Below are positions 9,089 to 20,500 of a stretch of 64,000 nucleotides of DNA, in pieces. Location: the NCBI GenBank assembly GCA_965223705.1, contig OZ245015.1, forward strand, positions 2,432,001-2,496,000. The letters are read 5' to 3'. Every line of letters begins with the position of its first letter. Position 1 is the first letter of the stretch. A program made the position numbers and the translations under genes. The notes under the pieces were generated by a model. The model was given only the letters and a program-made list of their open reading frames with translations, was not told where the DNA came from and did not search any database. The stretch comes from Myxococcota bacterium. GTDB lineage: Bacteria > Myxococcota_A > UBA9160 > UBA6930.

Positions 9089-10297
9089 CTATTCGAAGGC
9101 CCCCGCCTCCCTCACTGCGGCAATTCGGCGCTCGTCGTAGCCGAGCTCGCGAAGGACTTCTTCGTTGTGTTCCCCGACCGTCGGAGCGCGGCGAGAGGGA
9201 ACCTTGGGCTCGTCTTTCAGCCAGATCGGGCTGTTGACCACGCGAACGTTGTCGATCGAGTCGTGGGCGACGTCGATGAACACATCGTTCGCTTGCATCT
9301 GAGGATCTTCGACGGATTCCTCGGTCTTGCCCACGCCGCCGAACGTGATCTTGGCCTCGTCGAGGACTTTCTGCCAGAACGCGAAATCCCGCTTCGTGAA
9401 CTCTTCCTCGAGAATCGACGCCAACGCCTGTGCGTTCTCGAGAAGCGACGCGCGATCCTTGAAGCGAGGGTCCTCGGTGAGTTCGGCGCGGTCGATCGCC
9501 GCGGCGAGCCGGGGCCAGTCGCGCTCGGGCTGCAGCATGACCAGCAGGAAGAAGCGCCCATCGCGGGTGCTGTACTGATTGATGAGGGCGTTCGGCGGAT
9601 TATCTCGCCGTACGCCCTGGATCGGCGGGCAACCGGCCAAGATCGAAGAGATCGCGCACGCGTTCGACCACGCTCCGTTCGCGAGGAGCGAGCTCGAGAC
9701 CTTCGTGCCCTTTCCCGTCCGCTCTCTTCGCAGCAATGCGAGAAGCACGCCGCTGAACAGTGACATCGCGCTCGGGTGGTCGCCCATCCCCGGTGCCGGT
9801 AGCGCCGGCTCTCCGTCGGGCGTGCGAATGGCGTCCATCAGGCCCGTACGGGCCCAGTACGCCGTTGCGTCGAAGCCGGGACGATCGATTTCCGGACCGA
9901 TCTCGCCGTAGCCCGTCACTTGGGCATAGATCAGGCGATCGTTTTCCGGTGAGAGATCTTCGTAGCGGACTCGGAGTTTCTCGAGGACGCGCGGCGGAAA
10001 GTTCGTGACGAACACGTCGGCGCGGCGCACGAGATCGAGGAGCACTTCGCGCGCTTCGGGAACGAACATGTTGAGCGCCACGCCGCGCTTGTTTCGGTTG
10101 TCGAGCTGAAACATGTAGTCGAGCTCGTTGGGCTCGAAAGGCGGAACCTTGTGCGCGTGCCGGTACGGGTCGCCCATACCCGGTGTCTCGACCTTGATCA
10201 CGTCCGCTCCGTAGTCCGACATGACGGTGGTGCTCGCCGGTCCGAAGATAAAGGTCGCCATATCGATCACGCGAAGGCCGCTCAGAACGTGTTCCAC
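9089..10297 (-). CDS. Family III CoA-transferase (CaiB/BaiF)
   Basis: GADVIKVE, NRNKR, ADVFVTNF, APTVGEHN; GTG start after AGGAG. Confidence 0.92.
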   Translation of the reverse strand: MEHVLSGLRVIDMATFIFGPASTTVMSDYGADVIKVETPGMGDPYRHAHKVPPFEPNELDYMFQLDNRNKRGVALNMFVPEAREVLLDLVRRADVFVTNFPPRVLEKLRVRYEDLSPENDRLIYAQVTGYGEIGPEIDRPGFDATAYWARTGLMDAIRTPDGEPALPAPGMGDHPSAMSLFSGVLLALLRRERTGKGTKVSSSLLANGAWSNACAISSILAGCPPIQGVRRDNPPNALINQYSTRDGRFFLLVMLQPERDWPRLAAAIDRAELTEDPRFKDRASLLENAQALASILEEEFTKRDFAFWQKVLDEAKITFGGVGKTEESVEDPQMQANDVFIDVAHDSIDNVRVVNSPIWLKDEPKVPSRRAPTVGEHNEEVLRELGYDERRIAAVREAGAFE

Positions 10298-10299
10298 AG

Positions 10300-11010
10300 T
10301 CACTTCTCCTTCGTCAAAGACGGGCCGCCCGCGCGGCATTGAGGACGCTTCTCTTCGAGTCGATCAAACAGATACGACGCCGAGACCGAGTGCGCGATCA
10401 CGTGCCCGACTCCCGGTAGCACCCGAAGCCATACCGTCGCACCGATTTCGCGCAGGCGCTCCTCGGTCTCCCGCATGCGCGTGGCCCAGCGTGCGTCTTC
10501 TTCGCCGACGATCATGTCCACGGGAAGACCCCGAAGGCGCGAGAGGCGGTCGAAGTCGGCGCGGTTTCCCGGGAGCCCCGGCAAGACCAAGATCGAGCAG
10601 AAGAGCTCCGGATCGTTCTCGGCGACGCGAAACGCGGCGATTCCCCCGTTGCTGATACCCGCCACATGGAAGCGACCTGCCTCGATGCGGTATCGCCCCT
10701 TGAGCTCCGCGAGTAGGCTCGGAATCAGCTTTTCCGATCCGTCGAAGAAGAGCTTGCCTCCAGGCGCGACGGGGCTCGCCACGATCCAGCCGCGGCCCCG
10801 ACCGTGCCGCCAATAGGTACGGTCGGCAATCTCCACCATGGCGACGTCCTGAGGGCCCGGTGGGAGGGCGAGGAGAGCGGGATAAGCCTTTTCCGGGTCG
10901 AACGGTTCCGGAAGCGTCAGCAAGTACTCGAGCTCCGCCGTCTCCGCCGTGGCCCCGAGCGGAGCCCCGCACGCCAGAGCGACGAGCAACAACCGAAGAG
11001 CGATTCGCAA
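10300..11010 (-). CDS. Secreted alpha/beta hydrolase (esterase/peptidase-like)
   Basis: Signal peptide, GISNG nucleophile elbow, VGEED, PGVGH; TTG start after GGAGG. Confidence 0.75.
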   Translation of the reverse strand: MRIALRLLLVALACGAPLGATAETAELEYLLTLPEPFDPEKAYPALLALPPGPQDVAMVEIADRTYWRHGRGRGWIVASPVAPGGKLFFDGSEKLIPSLLAELKGRYRIEAGRFHVAGISNGGIAAFRVAENDPELFCSILVLPGLPGNRADFDRLSRLRGLPVDMIVGEEDARWATRMRETEERLREIGATVWLRVLPGVGHVIAHSVSASYLFDRLEEKRPQCRAGGPSLTKEK

Positions 11011-11050
11011 GCGGAGCCTCCAGCACAGCCCCGGAGGCTGTCGCGAGAGC

Positions 11051-13414
11051 CTAGGTTTGCGGGGTCGCGACGTCGACCGACGCTTTCTCCGGCAATGGAG
11101 CGAAGGCGCCCGCTCTCGTGCGGAACCGCGCCCCGACGAGGAGCAGGCTCGGGAGCAGCAGGAAGTCCGCAACGAGCGCTGCGCCGATGGTCATCGCCAT
11201 CAAGAGGCCGAAATGTGCGTTCGCTTGGAAGTCGGAACTCGCCAACACCGCGAAGCCCGCCAGGAGAATGAGTGACGATCGAGCGAGCGCGGGTCCGGCC
11301 TCGGTCAGGGCAAAGCGGATGGCGCGTTCCGGCGTCGCGCCGGCGCGGCGCTTGGAGACGTACCGAGACAGGAGGTGAACCGTGGCGTCGACGATCAGTC
11401 CCAGGCTCGCAGCGCTGACGACCGAAACCGCGAGGCCCACTTCCCGAAAGGTCAATCCCCAGACGCCGAAAGCAACCAACGAGGGCACGACGTTGGGAAC
11501 CAGACTGAGCACGCCGATCGATGCGTTGCGGAACGCCACGATCAATACGAGCGCAATTGCCACAAACGCGACGAGGGTGCCCACCGTCATCGCTTCGATG
11601 CTCCGCTTCGAGAGGTTCGCAAAGAGGAGCGCGATTCCGGTGCCTCGGACATGGGTCGCCGGCGGGCCGTTGGCCGCGAGCCACCCGGAAATTTCCGACT
11701 CGATGGCTCGCAGCTCCGTCGCCCGCGCACCGTTGACCGCGATCACGACCTGGGACGTGGAACGCTCCACGTCGAGCTGGTGATTGAGGTCCAGCCCGTA
11801 GGGCAGCGACATCTCGTAGAGCAGGAGATATTGCGCGATGAGCGCACGATCGTCGGGAATCGTTTCGAACGCGGTATCGCCGCCATGCAGGTCGCGGTGC
11901 AAGCGCTTGACGACGTCGGACCAGACGACGACGTGGGCGACGCCCTCGTGCCCGCGAAGCCACACCGCGAAGTGATCGAGAAAGCGCAGGTACTCGGGGT
12001 CGGCCACGGCTCCGCTCTGGCCGGCGGGAACGGCGTAGTGGATCGTGAAGAGCCCCGGCATCCGCTCGGCGGCGAAGTCGGTGTCGCGGCGAAACGGCGT
12101 CGATTCGTCGAACCACGTCGTGAACAGATCGTCGACGACGATCCGCGGGATCGCGAGCGCCGACACCGCGACGATCGCAACGCTGAGTCCCAAGGTGAGC
12201 GCCGGCCGCCCGATGAGACGGTTGATCGTCATTTCAAAGGTTGCGCTCCGCTCCCTTCTGCGGGTGTTTCCTTCGGGAACGGTCGCGAGCCACGCCGGCA
12301 GGAAAGACACCGACAGCAACCACGCCGCTCCGACGCCAAACGCCGTGATGAGGCCCAGGTCGATGTAAGGGGGCACACCGCTCGCCCGCAGCGCCACGAA
12401 CCCGATCAACGTCGTGAGACTCGTCAGGAAGAGCGGCCAACCGTTCGATCGGAGAGCCTCGGCGATCGAGGCCTCACGGCTCGCGCCGGCCCGTCGCCTC
12501 TTCCGGTACGCGACGACGAGATGGACACCATCTGCGACGGCGATGGTCAGAATCAATGTGGGGGCGTTCGCCGAAGGCGGAGTCATCGGGATGCCGAGCC
12601 AACCGGCGAGCCCGAGCGCGAACAGGCTGGCAGCCGCCGCAACGGTGAGGATCCCGACGGTCGCCCAGCCCGATCCCAAGCTCCACACCATCGCGAGGGC
12701 GAGCACGCCGAGCATCACCGGAAACAGGAACCCCAAATCGCGCTTCGCAGCGCGGTCCATGGCGTCGGCGAGCGGCGCGATCCCGGTCACACCCACCCGC
12801 AGGTCCGGCGATCGCGTCTCGAGCTCACGCGCCAGGCCCCGTGCAAACTCGGTCGTCGCGGTGGCTCCACTGCCGTCCTTGGGCAGACTCAAGGTCACGT
12901 GAACCGTCGCCGCTCGACCGTCCGCGGCGACGAGACGCCCCCGTACCTGAGGGTCGTTGAGGGCGATCGCGCGGATGCCCGGGATTTGGTCCGCGGCGAG
13001 CGAGCCCGACGGAACGAGGTCTTCGACAAACAAGTGGTCCCCGACCGCTCGTGTGTGCTGATAATTCGTCAGCGAATCGACACGCACCGCACCGGGGGTC
13101 TGCCAGCTCTCCTCAGTGAGCCATCGCAGCGCTTCGAGCTGTCCGGTTCTGAAGATCTCGCCCTGTGTCGGGGCAATGACGAACGCCAGGCTGTCGTTTG
13201 GCGTGAAGGTTCGCTCGAGTCGCAGGAACGCTTGCAGCTCGGAGCTCGCGGCGTCGAGGTGATACGTGTAGTCGGACGTAAACCGAAGCGAACCCAAGCC
13301 GGCGCTGCCCGCAGCCACCCAGAGGATCGTCAAGGCGAAGACGAGCCCGCGGTATCGAACGACGGCGTCGGCGAAAGCCACCCCGCGCAGCTTCTGAAAA
13401 GGGCCCTGTCGCAT
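11051..13414 (-). CDS. MMPL/RND-family membrane transporter
   Basis: Two repeats, AVADGVH and GLIVDATVH, LTSLTTLIGF. Start is 13414 (with SD) or 13465. Confidence 0.88.
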   Translation of the reverse strand: MRQGPFQKLRGVAFADAVVRYRGLVFALTILWVAAGSAGLGSLRFTSDYTYHLDAASSELQAFLRLERTFTPNDSLAFVIAPTQGEIFRTGQLEALRWLTEESWQTPGAVRVDSLTNYQHTRAVGDHLFVEDLVPSGSLAADQIPGIRAIALNDPQVRGRLVAADGRAATVHVTLSLPKDGSGATATTEFARGLARELETRSPDLRVGVTGIAPLADAMDRAAKRDLGFLFPVMLGVLALAMVWSLGSGWATVGILTVAAAASLFALGLAGWLGIPMTPPSANAPTLILTIAVADGVHLVVAYRKRRRAGASREASIAEALRSNGWPLFLTSLTTLIGFVALRASGVPPYIDLGLITAFGVGAAWLLSVSFLPAWLATVPEGNTRRRERSATFEMTINRLIGRPALTLGLSVAIVAVSALAIPRIVVDDLFTTWFDESTPFRRDTDFAAERMPGLFTIHYAVPAGQSGAVADPEYLRFLDHFAVWLRGHEGVAHVVVWSDVVKRLHRDLHGGDTAFETIPDDRALIAQYLLLYEMSLPYGLDLNHQLDVERSTSQVVIAVNGARATELRAIESEISGWLAANGPPATHVRGTGIALLFANLSKRSIEAMTVGTLVAFVAIALVLIVAFRNASIGVLSLVPNVVPSLVAFGVWGLTFREVGLAVSVVSAASLGLIVDATVHLLSRYVSKRRAGATPERAIRFALTEAGPALARSSLILLAGFAVLASSDFQANAHFGLLMAMTIGAALVADFLLLPSLLLVGARFRTRAGAFAPLPEKASVDVATPQT

Positions 13415-13534
13415 CGACTCCCCCAAGTCGCTGCGAAGTCTCACCGCTACGTCCGAAACGGACATCGGTGAAACCCCTGAGTTCCGCGGGGGGTTCCCTA
13501 GAGGGGTTGTCGGCCGAAGCGTGGGGCAGCTTGA

Positions 13535-14614
13535 CTAGACGCCTTCGAGAACCTTGACCCAGTCCTGGAGGACGTCTTCCTCGCCGGGATGGACGAGAAA
13601 CACGATCTGGTCGTAACCCATCCGTTTGAGTTCCTGAAAACGCTCGCGAAGCTCCGGAACCGTGGCGGTCATGGTCGTGCTGCGGATGAGATCTGCGGTG
13701 AGGAGGTGCCGCTCGTCATCGCGTACGAAGACGGCATGTCCGCGATGCATGCTGAGATAGCGGGCGTCCTCCGGCTCGTAGCTCCGGTAGAGGGCGCGGT
13801 AACCGGCCAGGGACGGATCTTCGTCCTCATCGATTCCGGAGGGATTGAGGCCCTTTTCTCCGAGGGTCAGGAATTCCGATTCCACGATACTGTGCATGAA
13901 GCACGCGGCGAGCGGCCCCCCGCGCGCGAGAGCTTTCGGGCTATCGGCGGGCTCGCCTTCGTCGAGCGGTGTTCCCGCCACCCAGAGCGCGGACCGACGG
14001 CCGGCATCGCCCCCGTCGGCCGCCTGCCACGCCGCGCGCATGTTTCGGATGTCCTCCGCCGCTGTCTCCATCTGGGTGTAGATGGCCATCCAGTTCGCTC
14101 CGAGCTCCGCGGTGAGCTCCATCATCTTGGGCCCCTGAGCCGCGATATAGGTCTCGATCGGATCTGTGGTGTTCACGAGATCCTTGTCGGGGTGGACGAA
14201 GCGGATCTTTCGCCGCCGACCTTCGAACTCCCACTCGACGGTTTCCCGGCGCAGCAAGGCGGCGATCGTCTCCATGTAGTTCCTGAGATCCGCGCGACGG
14301 ACCGGCGGATGACCCATGGCACGACGGCCGGAGAACCCCGTGCCGACGCCCAGGATGATCCGGCCCGGTGCCAGCCCGTTGAGCGTCGCGAAGCTGTTTG
14401 CGGTCTGCGGCGCGATCCGATTCGACGGAATCAGGACCCCGGTCCCGAGCTTGATGCGCGTCGTATTCGCAGCGGCGAGCGCCATCATCGCGATGGGGTC
14501 GGCCGCCACCATCTGGCTGTCCTCGAACCATGCCGTGCTAAAGCCCAGCTGCTCCGCGCGTACGGCGGTCTTCCAGCCTTCTACACCTTCGGCGATCGAT
14601 ACGCCCAGCTCCAT
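13535..14614 (-). CDS. LLM-class flavin/F420-dependent oxidoreductase
   Basis: AEQLGFSTAWFEDS, TTRIKLGTGV, APGRIILGVGTG, AAQGPK. Confidence 0.9.
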   Translation of the reverse strand: MELGVSIAEGVEGWKTAVRAEQLGFSTAWFEDSQMVAADPIAMMALAAANTTRIKLGTGVLIPSNRIAPQTANSFATLNGLAPGRIILGVGTGFSGRRAMGHPPVRRADLRNYMETIAALLRRETVEWEFEGRRRKIRFVHPDKDLVNTTDPIETYIAAQGPKMMELTAELGANWMAIYTQMETAAEDIRNMRAAWQAADGGDAGRRSALWVAGTPLDEGEPADSPKALARGGPLAACFMHSIVESEFLTLGEKGLNPSGIDEDEDPSLAGYRALYRSYEPEDARYLSMHRGHAVFVRDDERHLLTADLIRSTTMTATVPELRERFQELKRMGYDQIVFLVHPGEEDVLQDWVKVLEGV

Positions 14615-14701
14615 GACGTTCCTCCAACTGTGTTCCGACTCATACTACGCCAGCACGCCCGAGCTATGCTGGAGTCTCCAACCCGCGGAAAGGGGGGAGC
14701 G

Positions 14702-15877
14702 ATGGAGCCCTCGATCAGCGACGTCAATCTCTGGCGAACCGAGTCTCCCGGGACCGACGGCTGGACGCGAACGGCGCGGCCCGACGATCCCAACAAGTAT
14801 TTTTTGGTCTCGGCGGACACCCACGCGAACGAACCGCCGGACCTCTGGCTCACGCGCATGGACGCGTCGTACCGAGAACGCCTTCCCCGCATCGTCGAAC
14901 GCCCGGACGGCTTGGCGCAAGTCACGGAAGGGTTTGCCGCATTGCGGCTTCGGGACGTTCCACTCGATGGGGAAGATCTCGAACGCGGCCGCGCCGGTCG
15001 CACGGCCGAGGAGCGCATCGCCGATCACGACCGAGACGGGATCGACGTCGAAATCCTGTTCCCCAACAAAGGGATCTCCATGTGGGCGACGCCGGATCCA
15101 CAGTTCTCGGCGGCGATGTGCCGAGTCTGGAACGACTGGGCGCACGAGACCTTCGGCGCCCACCGCTCACGCATTTTGGCGATGGCTTGCGTCGCGACCG
15201 GCGACCTCGACAGTGCCCTCGCCGAGATCCAACGCGTTGCGAAGCTCGGCTTCCGCGGACTGACGATCCCGTGCACGCCGTTCTTCGGTCCCGCCGACCC
15301 GGACCGCGCGAACTACAACCGGCCCGAGTTCGATCGCCTTTGGGCGGCGGTACAAGACGTGGATCTGCCCGTGACCTTTCACATCGGAACGGGCCGCGAT
15401 CCACGCGGCGCACGCGGACACGGCGGGGCCATCATCAACTACGCGGTGCACGCGATGGGACCGGCGATGGAGCCTCTCGCGAACCTCTGCGCATCCGGCG
15501 TCCTCGACCGCTTCCCGAAACTCCGCTTCGCCACGATCGAGGCGGGAATCGGATGGGTCCCTTGGGCACTCGAAGCGATGGACGAGGCTTATCGGAAGCA
15601 TCACATGTGGGTTCGCCCAAAACTATCGATGCTGCCTAGCGAATACTTCCGCGCGCATGGCTTTGCGAGCTTTCAAGAAGACCCGGCCGGGCTCGACCTC
15701 GCGCGCAGCCACGACCTCATCGACAACTTCTTGTGGGCGAACGACTACCCGCACCACGAAGGCACCTGGCCGCACTCGGCCGCCGCCATCGAACGGACCA
15801 TGGGCGACCTCACCGACGCAGAGCGCGCCAAGATCCTCGGCGAGAACGCGTGTCGGCTGTGGAAGATCGAGCGCTAG
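14702..15877 (+). CDS. Amidohydrolase family 2 metalloprotein
   Basis: SADTHANE, PVTFHIG, IEAGIGW, WANDYPHHEGTWP. Confidence 0.9.
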   Translation: MEPSISDVNLWRTESPGTDGWTRTARPDDPNKYFLVSADTHANEPPDLWLTRMDASYRERLPRIVERPDGLAQVTEGFAALRLRDVPLDGEDLERGRAGRTAEERIADHDRDGIDVEILFPNKGISMWATPDPQFSAAMCRVWNDWAHETFGAHRSRILAMACVATGDLDSALAEIQRVAKLGFRGLTIPCTPFFGPADPDRANYNRPEFDRLWAAVQDVDLPVTFHIGTGRDPRGARGHGGAIINYAVHAMGPAMEPLANLCASGVLDRFPKLRFATIEAGIGWVPWALEAMDEAYRKHHMWVRPKLSMLPSEYFRAHGFASFQEDPAGLDLARSHDLIDNFLWANDYPHHEGTWPHSAAAIERTMGDLTDAERAKILGENACRLWKIER

Positions 15878-15880
15878 GAG

Positions 15881-15946
15881 GTCTCTACTCGGGGACCGAG
15901 GCAGGGCCGCGGGAGATGGGGGCACCGTGCGGGGACATCCTCGCGC
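15881..15946 (+). repeat. Truncated copy (left arm) of the palindromic element at 43458-43600
   Basis: Shares gtctct, gaccgaggc, gggccg, tgggggcaccgtgc and acatcctcgcgc colinearly with 43458-43524. Confidence 0.8.
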
Positions 15947-15955
15947 GAAGGCCCA

Positions 15956-17485
15956 CTAGGGGGCGTGGACGGCGCGCGCCCAATCGGGGACATCGCCCAG
16001 AGCGATTCCGAAGACCCACGGGACTACCGTGAACGCGATCAGCATCGTTAGGGCGATGCCCGCGAGGTTTGCCCCAATACCGGCGCGCATGAAGTCGCCA
16101 ATTCGCAGCTCGCCGCTTCCGAAAACGACGGCGTTGGGAGGTGTCGCGACGGGCATCATGAACGCGCAACTCGCCGCGAGCACGGTCGGGAAGACGAGCA
16201 GCAGGGGATTTTCGCCGAGGGCGTAACCGACCGCGCCGGCGATCGGCAGGAACGTCGCCGTCATCGCGGTGTTGCTCGTGACCTCGGTCAGAAAGACCAT
16301 CACCACGACCCCGGCGAGGATCACCGCCACGGTCGGCCACGCGGAGAGGAACGACGCCCCACTCCCGATCCACGCTGCGAGTCCGCTGCTCTTGATGCCC
16401 GACGCGAGAGACAATCCGCCACCGAAGAGCATCACAACCCCCCACGGAAGCTCCTTCGCCCAGTCGCCGTCGAGCGCGAAGATGCCCCGTCGCCAGTCGA
16501 CCGGAAGCACGAAGAGAAGCAGTGCTCCGAACAGCGCGACACTCGTGTCGTTGAGCGGCAACCCGGGAAACGCGGACTGGAGCAGCGGGCGGGTCACCCA
16601 CAAGAAAGCGGTGCAACCGACCACCGCCATCACCGTCCGCCCCCCCGCGCCCAGTGGGCCGAGGTCCCGGAGCTCACCCGCGATGGCGTCCGCCTGTCCC
16701 GCGAGCGGCTCGCGGGGAAGCGGATACGCCCAGTAGACCAGGATCGCCCAACAGGCGGGAAGCAAGAGCGCGATCGACGGGAGCCCGACCATCATCCAGT
16801 GGACGAAACCGATCTCGAAGCCGTAGGTCTCGCGCACAAAGCCGGCGAGCATCGCGTTGGGTGCGGTGCCGATCAGCGTTCCCATGCCGCCAATGGTCGC
16901 CGCGTACGCGATCCCGAGGAGCAGTGCGATCGTAAAGTTGCGCCCTTCCCGGCCCGGGTGTCCCGCGGCCCGAGCGCATCGCCGCACGAAATCGATCACC
17001 GACAGCGCGATCGGCAACATCATGACCGTCGTGGTCGTGTTGAACACCCACATGCTCGTGAGCGCCGTTGCCAGCATAAAACCCGCGACGATGTTCGCGG
17101 GTCGGGCCCCCATGCGCGCGACGATGTGGAGCGCGATGCGCTTGTGCAGGTTCCAGCGCTGCATACCGAGCGCGATGATGAACCCGCCTACCATCAACAG
17201 AATGACCGGGTTCGCGTAGGGCGTCGCAGTCTCGCGGATACTCATGACCCCGAGGACCGGGAACGCCACGAGCGGAACCAGGGCGGTCGCGGAGAGAGGA
17301 AGCGCTTCGCTGATCCACCACACGGCCATGAGAGCGACCACCGAAGCCGCATCCCACCCGGCCACGGACAAACCGTCCGGCGGGTCGATCGACTGACACA
17401 GGAGAAAGAGCGCCAGGCCCAGCGGGATCCCGACAAAACGTCGCACGGGTAGGACCGGCGTGGGCGAATCATCCAGGGTCGTCAT
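15956..17485 (-). CDS. DASS/SLC13 sodium:dicarboxylate or sulfate symporter
   Basis: IGGMGTLIGTAPN, TEVTSNTA, AFMMPVATPPNA. Confidence 0.92.
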   Translation of the reverse strand: MTTLDDSPTPVLPVRRFVGIPLGLALFLLCQSIDPPDGLSVAGWDAASVVALMAVWWISEALPLSATALVPLVAFPVLGVMSIRETATPYANPVILLMVGGFIIALGMQRWNLHKRIALHIVARMGARPANIVAGFMLATALTSMWVFNTTTTVMMLPIALSVIDFVRRCARAAGHPGREGRNFTIALLLGIAYAATIGGMGTLIGTAPNAMLAGFVRETYGFEIGFVHWMMVGLPSIALLLPACWAILVYWAYPLPREPLAGQADAIAGELRDLGPLGAGGRTVMAVVGCTAFLWVTRPLLQSAFPGLPLNDTSVALFGALLLFVLPVDWRRGIFALDGDWAKELPWGVVMLFGGGLSLASGIKSSGLAAWIGSGASFLSAWPTVAVILAGVVVMVFLTEVTSNTAMTATFLPIAGAVGYALGENPLLLVFPTVLAASCAFMMPVATPPNAVVFGSGELRIGDFMRAGIGANLAGIALTMLIAFTVVPWVFGIALGDVPDWARAVHAP

Positions 17486-17564
17486 TTCGAAAGCCTGAGC
17501 CTTGCTCTCCCGTCGCGCGAGGCGAGTCGGGAACGGTAACAAGGTATCCGCTACACACGTAGCG

Positions 17565-20500
17565 ATGGTCTCACCCGTCCCTGCAGACGCCGCGGATCAG
17601 CTCGCCGACGCCGCGGTCGAACGCGTCGTTCGGTGGCTCGAAGAAGGCGCATCCCAATCGCGCGCGGCGGACGGGCGGCGCAGCGCGCAACTCGCGAAGC
17701 TCGTGTCGGACCCCGAAGCGATGGCCTTTACGATGCGCTTTGTCGACCGGGTCGCGCGCCCGGAAAGCGACCGTGCAGCCGCGCATCAGCTCGAAGTCCT
17801 GACCCGCCGCCACGCGCCGCCCGCTTTCCTGGGAGCCCTCGATCGCGCGCTCTTGCGACTCGGCGGTTGGCTCGCCCCGTTCGTTCCGGACGTGGTTCTC
17901 CCAGCCGCCCGCCGGCGGATGCGATCGCTGGTGGGACACCTCGTCACGGACGCCGATCCCGAAGCCTTGGCACAGCATCTCCGGGCGCAACGAAACGCGG
18001 GCTTTGCCATCAACCTGAATCTCCTCGGTGAGGCAGTCCTCGGCGAGCGCGAAGCCGAACGGCGCTTCGGGCGGACTCTCGCGCTGATCCGAGATCCGTC
18101 CGTCGACTACGTCTCGGTCAAGATCTCAGCGATCACCGGGCGCATCAACCTGTGGGCCTACGACGACACGCTGGCGCGGGTCAGTGCGCGCCTTGCCGCG
18201 CTCTTCGATGCGGCGGGAGAATCTCCGGTGACGTTCGTCAATCTCGATATGGAGGAGTATCGGGACCTCGACCTCACCCTCGATGCCTTTACCCAGCTTC
18301 TCGACGAGCGTCCAAGGCTCTCTGCGGGCGTCGTGTTACAGGCGTACCTCCCCGACACCTTTCCGGCCCTGTGCCGCCTCGTCGCGTGGTCGACGAAACG
18401 AGCCGCGTCGGGTGGCGCCGACATCAAAGTGCGTCTGGTGAAAGGCGCCAACCTCGCGATGGAGCGCGTCGAAGCGGAGCTTCACGGTTGGGAGCAAGCG
18501 CCCTACGAAACCAAGCACGAGACCGACGCGAACTACAAGCGCTGCCTCGACTGGGTCTTGCAGCCCGAGCGACTTTCCGGGCTCTCGATCGGAATCGCGA
18601 GCCACAACTTGTTCGACGTCGCGTGGTCTCACGAGTTGGCCACCGCGCGCAAGGTCGCCGACCGGGTCGCCTTCGAGATGCTCCAGGGCATGGCACCCGC
18701 TGGAGCAGAAGCGGTTCGCCAGTCGACCGGGAGCATGCTGCTCTACACCCCGGTGGTCGCGCGCGACGATTTCGATGTGGCGATCAGCTACTTGTTCCGC
18801 CGCCTCGAAGAAAACGCTGCGGAACATCACTTTCTCCGGGCGGCGTTCTCACTCGAGCCCGGCACGCCAGCGTTTTGCGAAGAAGAGCGGCGTTTTCGAG
18901 CATCGCTCGCCGCTCGCAACGAGGTGGCCGACGAACCGCAGCGACGCGCTCGCCGCGAAGCGCCGGAACACGCGGGGTTCTACAACGCGCCCTCCGGCGA
19001 TTCCGCTCTCGCTGAGACGCGCGCTTGGGCGAAGAACGCGGTGGCGACCTTGCCCGTCTCGCTGACGGAACCCCTGATTCTCGAGGAATCCGAAGTGTCG
19101 CGCCGGCTCGAAAAAGCCCGCGAGGCAGGCCTCGCGTGGCGCGAGCGGACTCCCTCGCAGCGAGCGGACGTGCTCCGGGGAATCGCCTCGGGTTTCGAGG
19201 CAGCGCGCGGCGATCTGGCGTCGGTCTTGGTCCACGAAGCGGGCAAGACGATCGTCGAAGCGGATGCCGAGATCTGCGAGGCGATCGATTTCGCGCGTTA
19301 CTACGCGGAATCCGCGGAAGCGCTCGCGACGCGCGATCCGGCGCTCTCGTTTCGGCCGTTTGGGGTCGTCGCGGTCATTCCGCCGTGGAACTTTCCCGTC
19401 GCGATTCCCGCCGGCGGAGCCCTCGCCGCGTTGGCAGCGGGCAACGCGGTCGTTCTCAAACCCGCCCCCGAGACGCCCCGCTGTGCCCGACTCGTCGCGG
19501 AACTCTGTTGGAACAGCGGCGTGCCGGCGGATGCCCTCCAATACGTCCGCACCCCGGATGACGCTGTGGGTCGCTACCTGGTGACTCAGGTAGATGCCGT
19601 GATCCTGACGGGGAGCTTCGAGACAGCGGAGCTCTTTCGCTCCTGGAAGCCCGAGATGAGGCTTTTCGCGGAAACGAGTGGGAAGAACGCCATCGTGATC
19701 ACGCCGCACGCCGACCTCGATCAAGCGGTCGGCGACCTCGTGAGCAGCGCCTTCGGCCACGCGGGGCAGAAGTGCTCGGCTGCGAGCCTGGCCATCCTTG
19801 TCGGCGATGTCTTCACCTCAGAGCGGTTTCGGCGGCAGCTTCGCGATGCGACCGAAAGTCTTGTCGTCGGCCCCGCAGATCGCTTGGAGACCGATATGGG
19901 GGCGCTCTTACGCCCGCCGGAAGGGCCCCTGCGACGTGCCCTCACCGACCCCGAAGCGAATTGGTTCGTGCGACCCCGCGCGATCGGCGATGACGATCGC
20001 CTCTACACTCCCGGCGTTCTCGATTCCGTCGCGCCCGGTTCGTGGTTCCACTGCACCGAGTGCTTCGGGCCTGTGTTGGGCCTCATGGCCGCCCGAGACC
20101 TCGACCACGCCTTGGCGCTTCAGAACGCGACACCCTTCGGGTTGACGGGCGGCATCCAGAGTCTCGACCCGGACGAAGTCGACTACTGGCTCGACCGCGT
20201 CGAATGCGGCAACGCCTACGTCAATCGCGGGATCACCGGCGCCATCGTTCGGCGACAGCCCTTCGGTGGGTGGAAGCGTTCTTGTGTCGGCCCCGGTGCC
20301 AAAGCCGGTGGACCGAACTATGTGACGCAGCTCGGTGTCTCCGCCTCGACCGATGTGCCCGCGGGTCGCCGGCCTCCGTCCGACGAGATCGTGGATCTCG
20401 TCGAACTCCTCGGACGAGGCATGGACGAGACGGACGCGGCTTGGCTCCGCGAGGCGGCGGAACACGACGCGTATTGCCTCGCCGAGCATTACTCCCGCGA

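Noticed and set aside
13466..13534. AACCCCT...AGGGGTT inverted repeat upstream of the MMPL gene
   Set aside because: The stem is short with a long loop, and it matches no riboswitch or terminator I can support.
13589..14701. N-terminal extension of the 762-aa ORF (likewise 26668-27636 and 46070-46351)
   Set aside because: These extensions overlap other real genes; the true starts are internal (14702, 27637, 46352).
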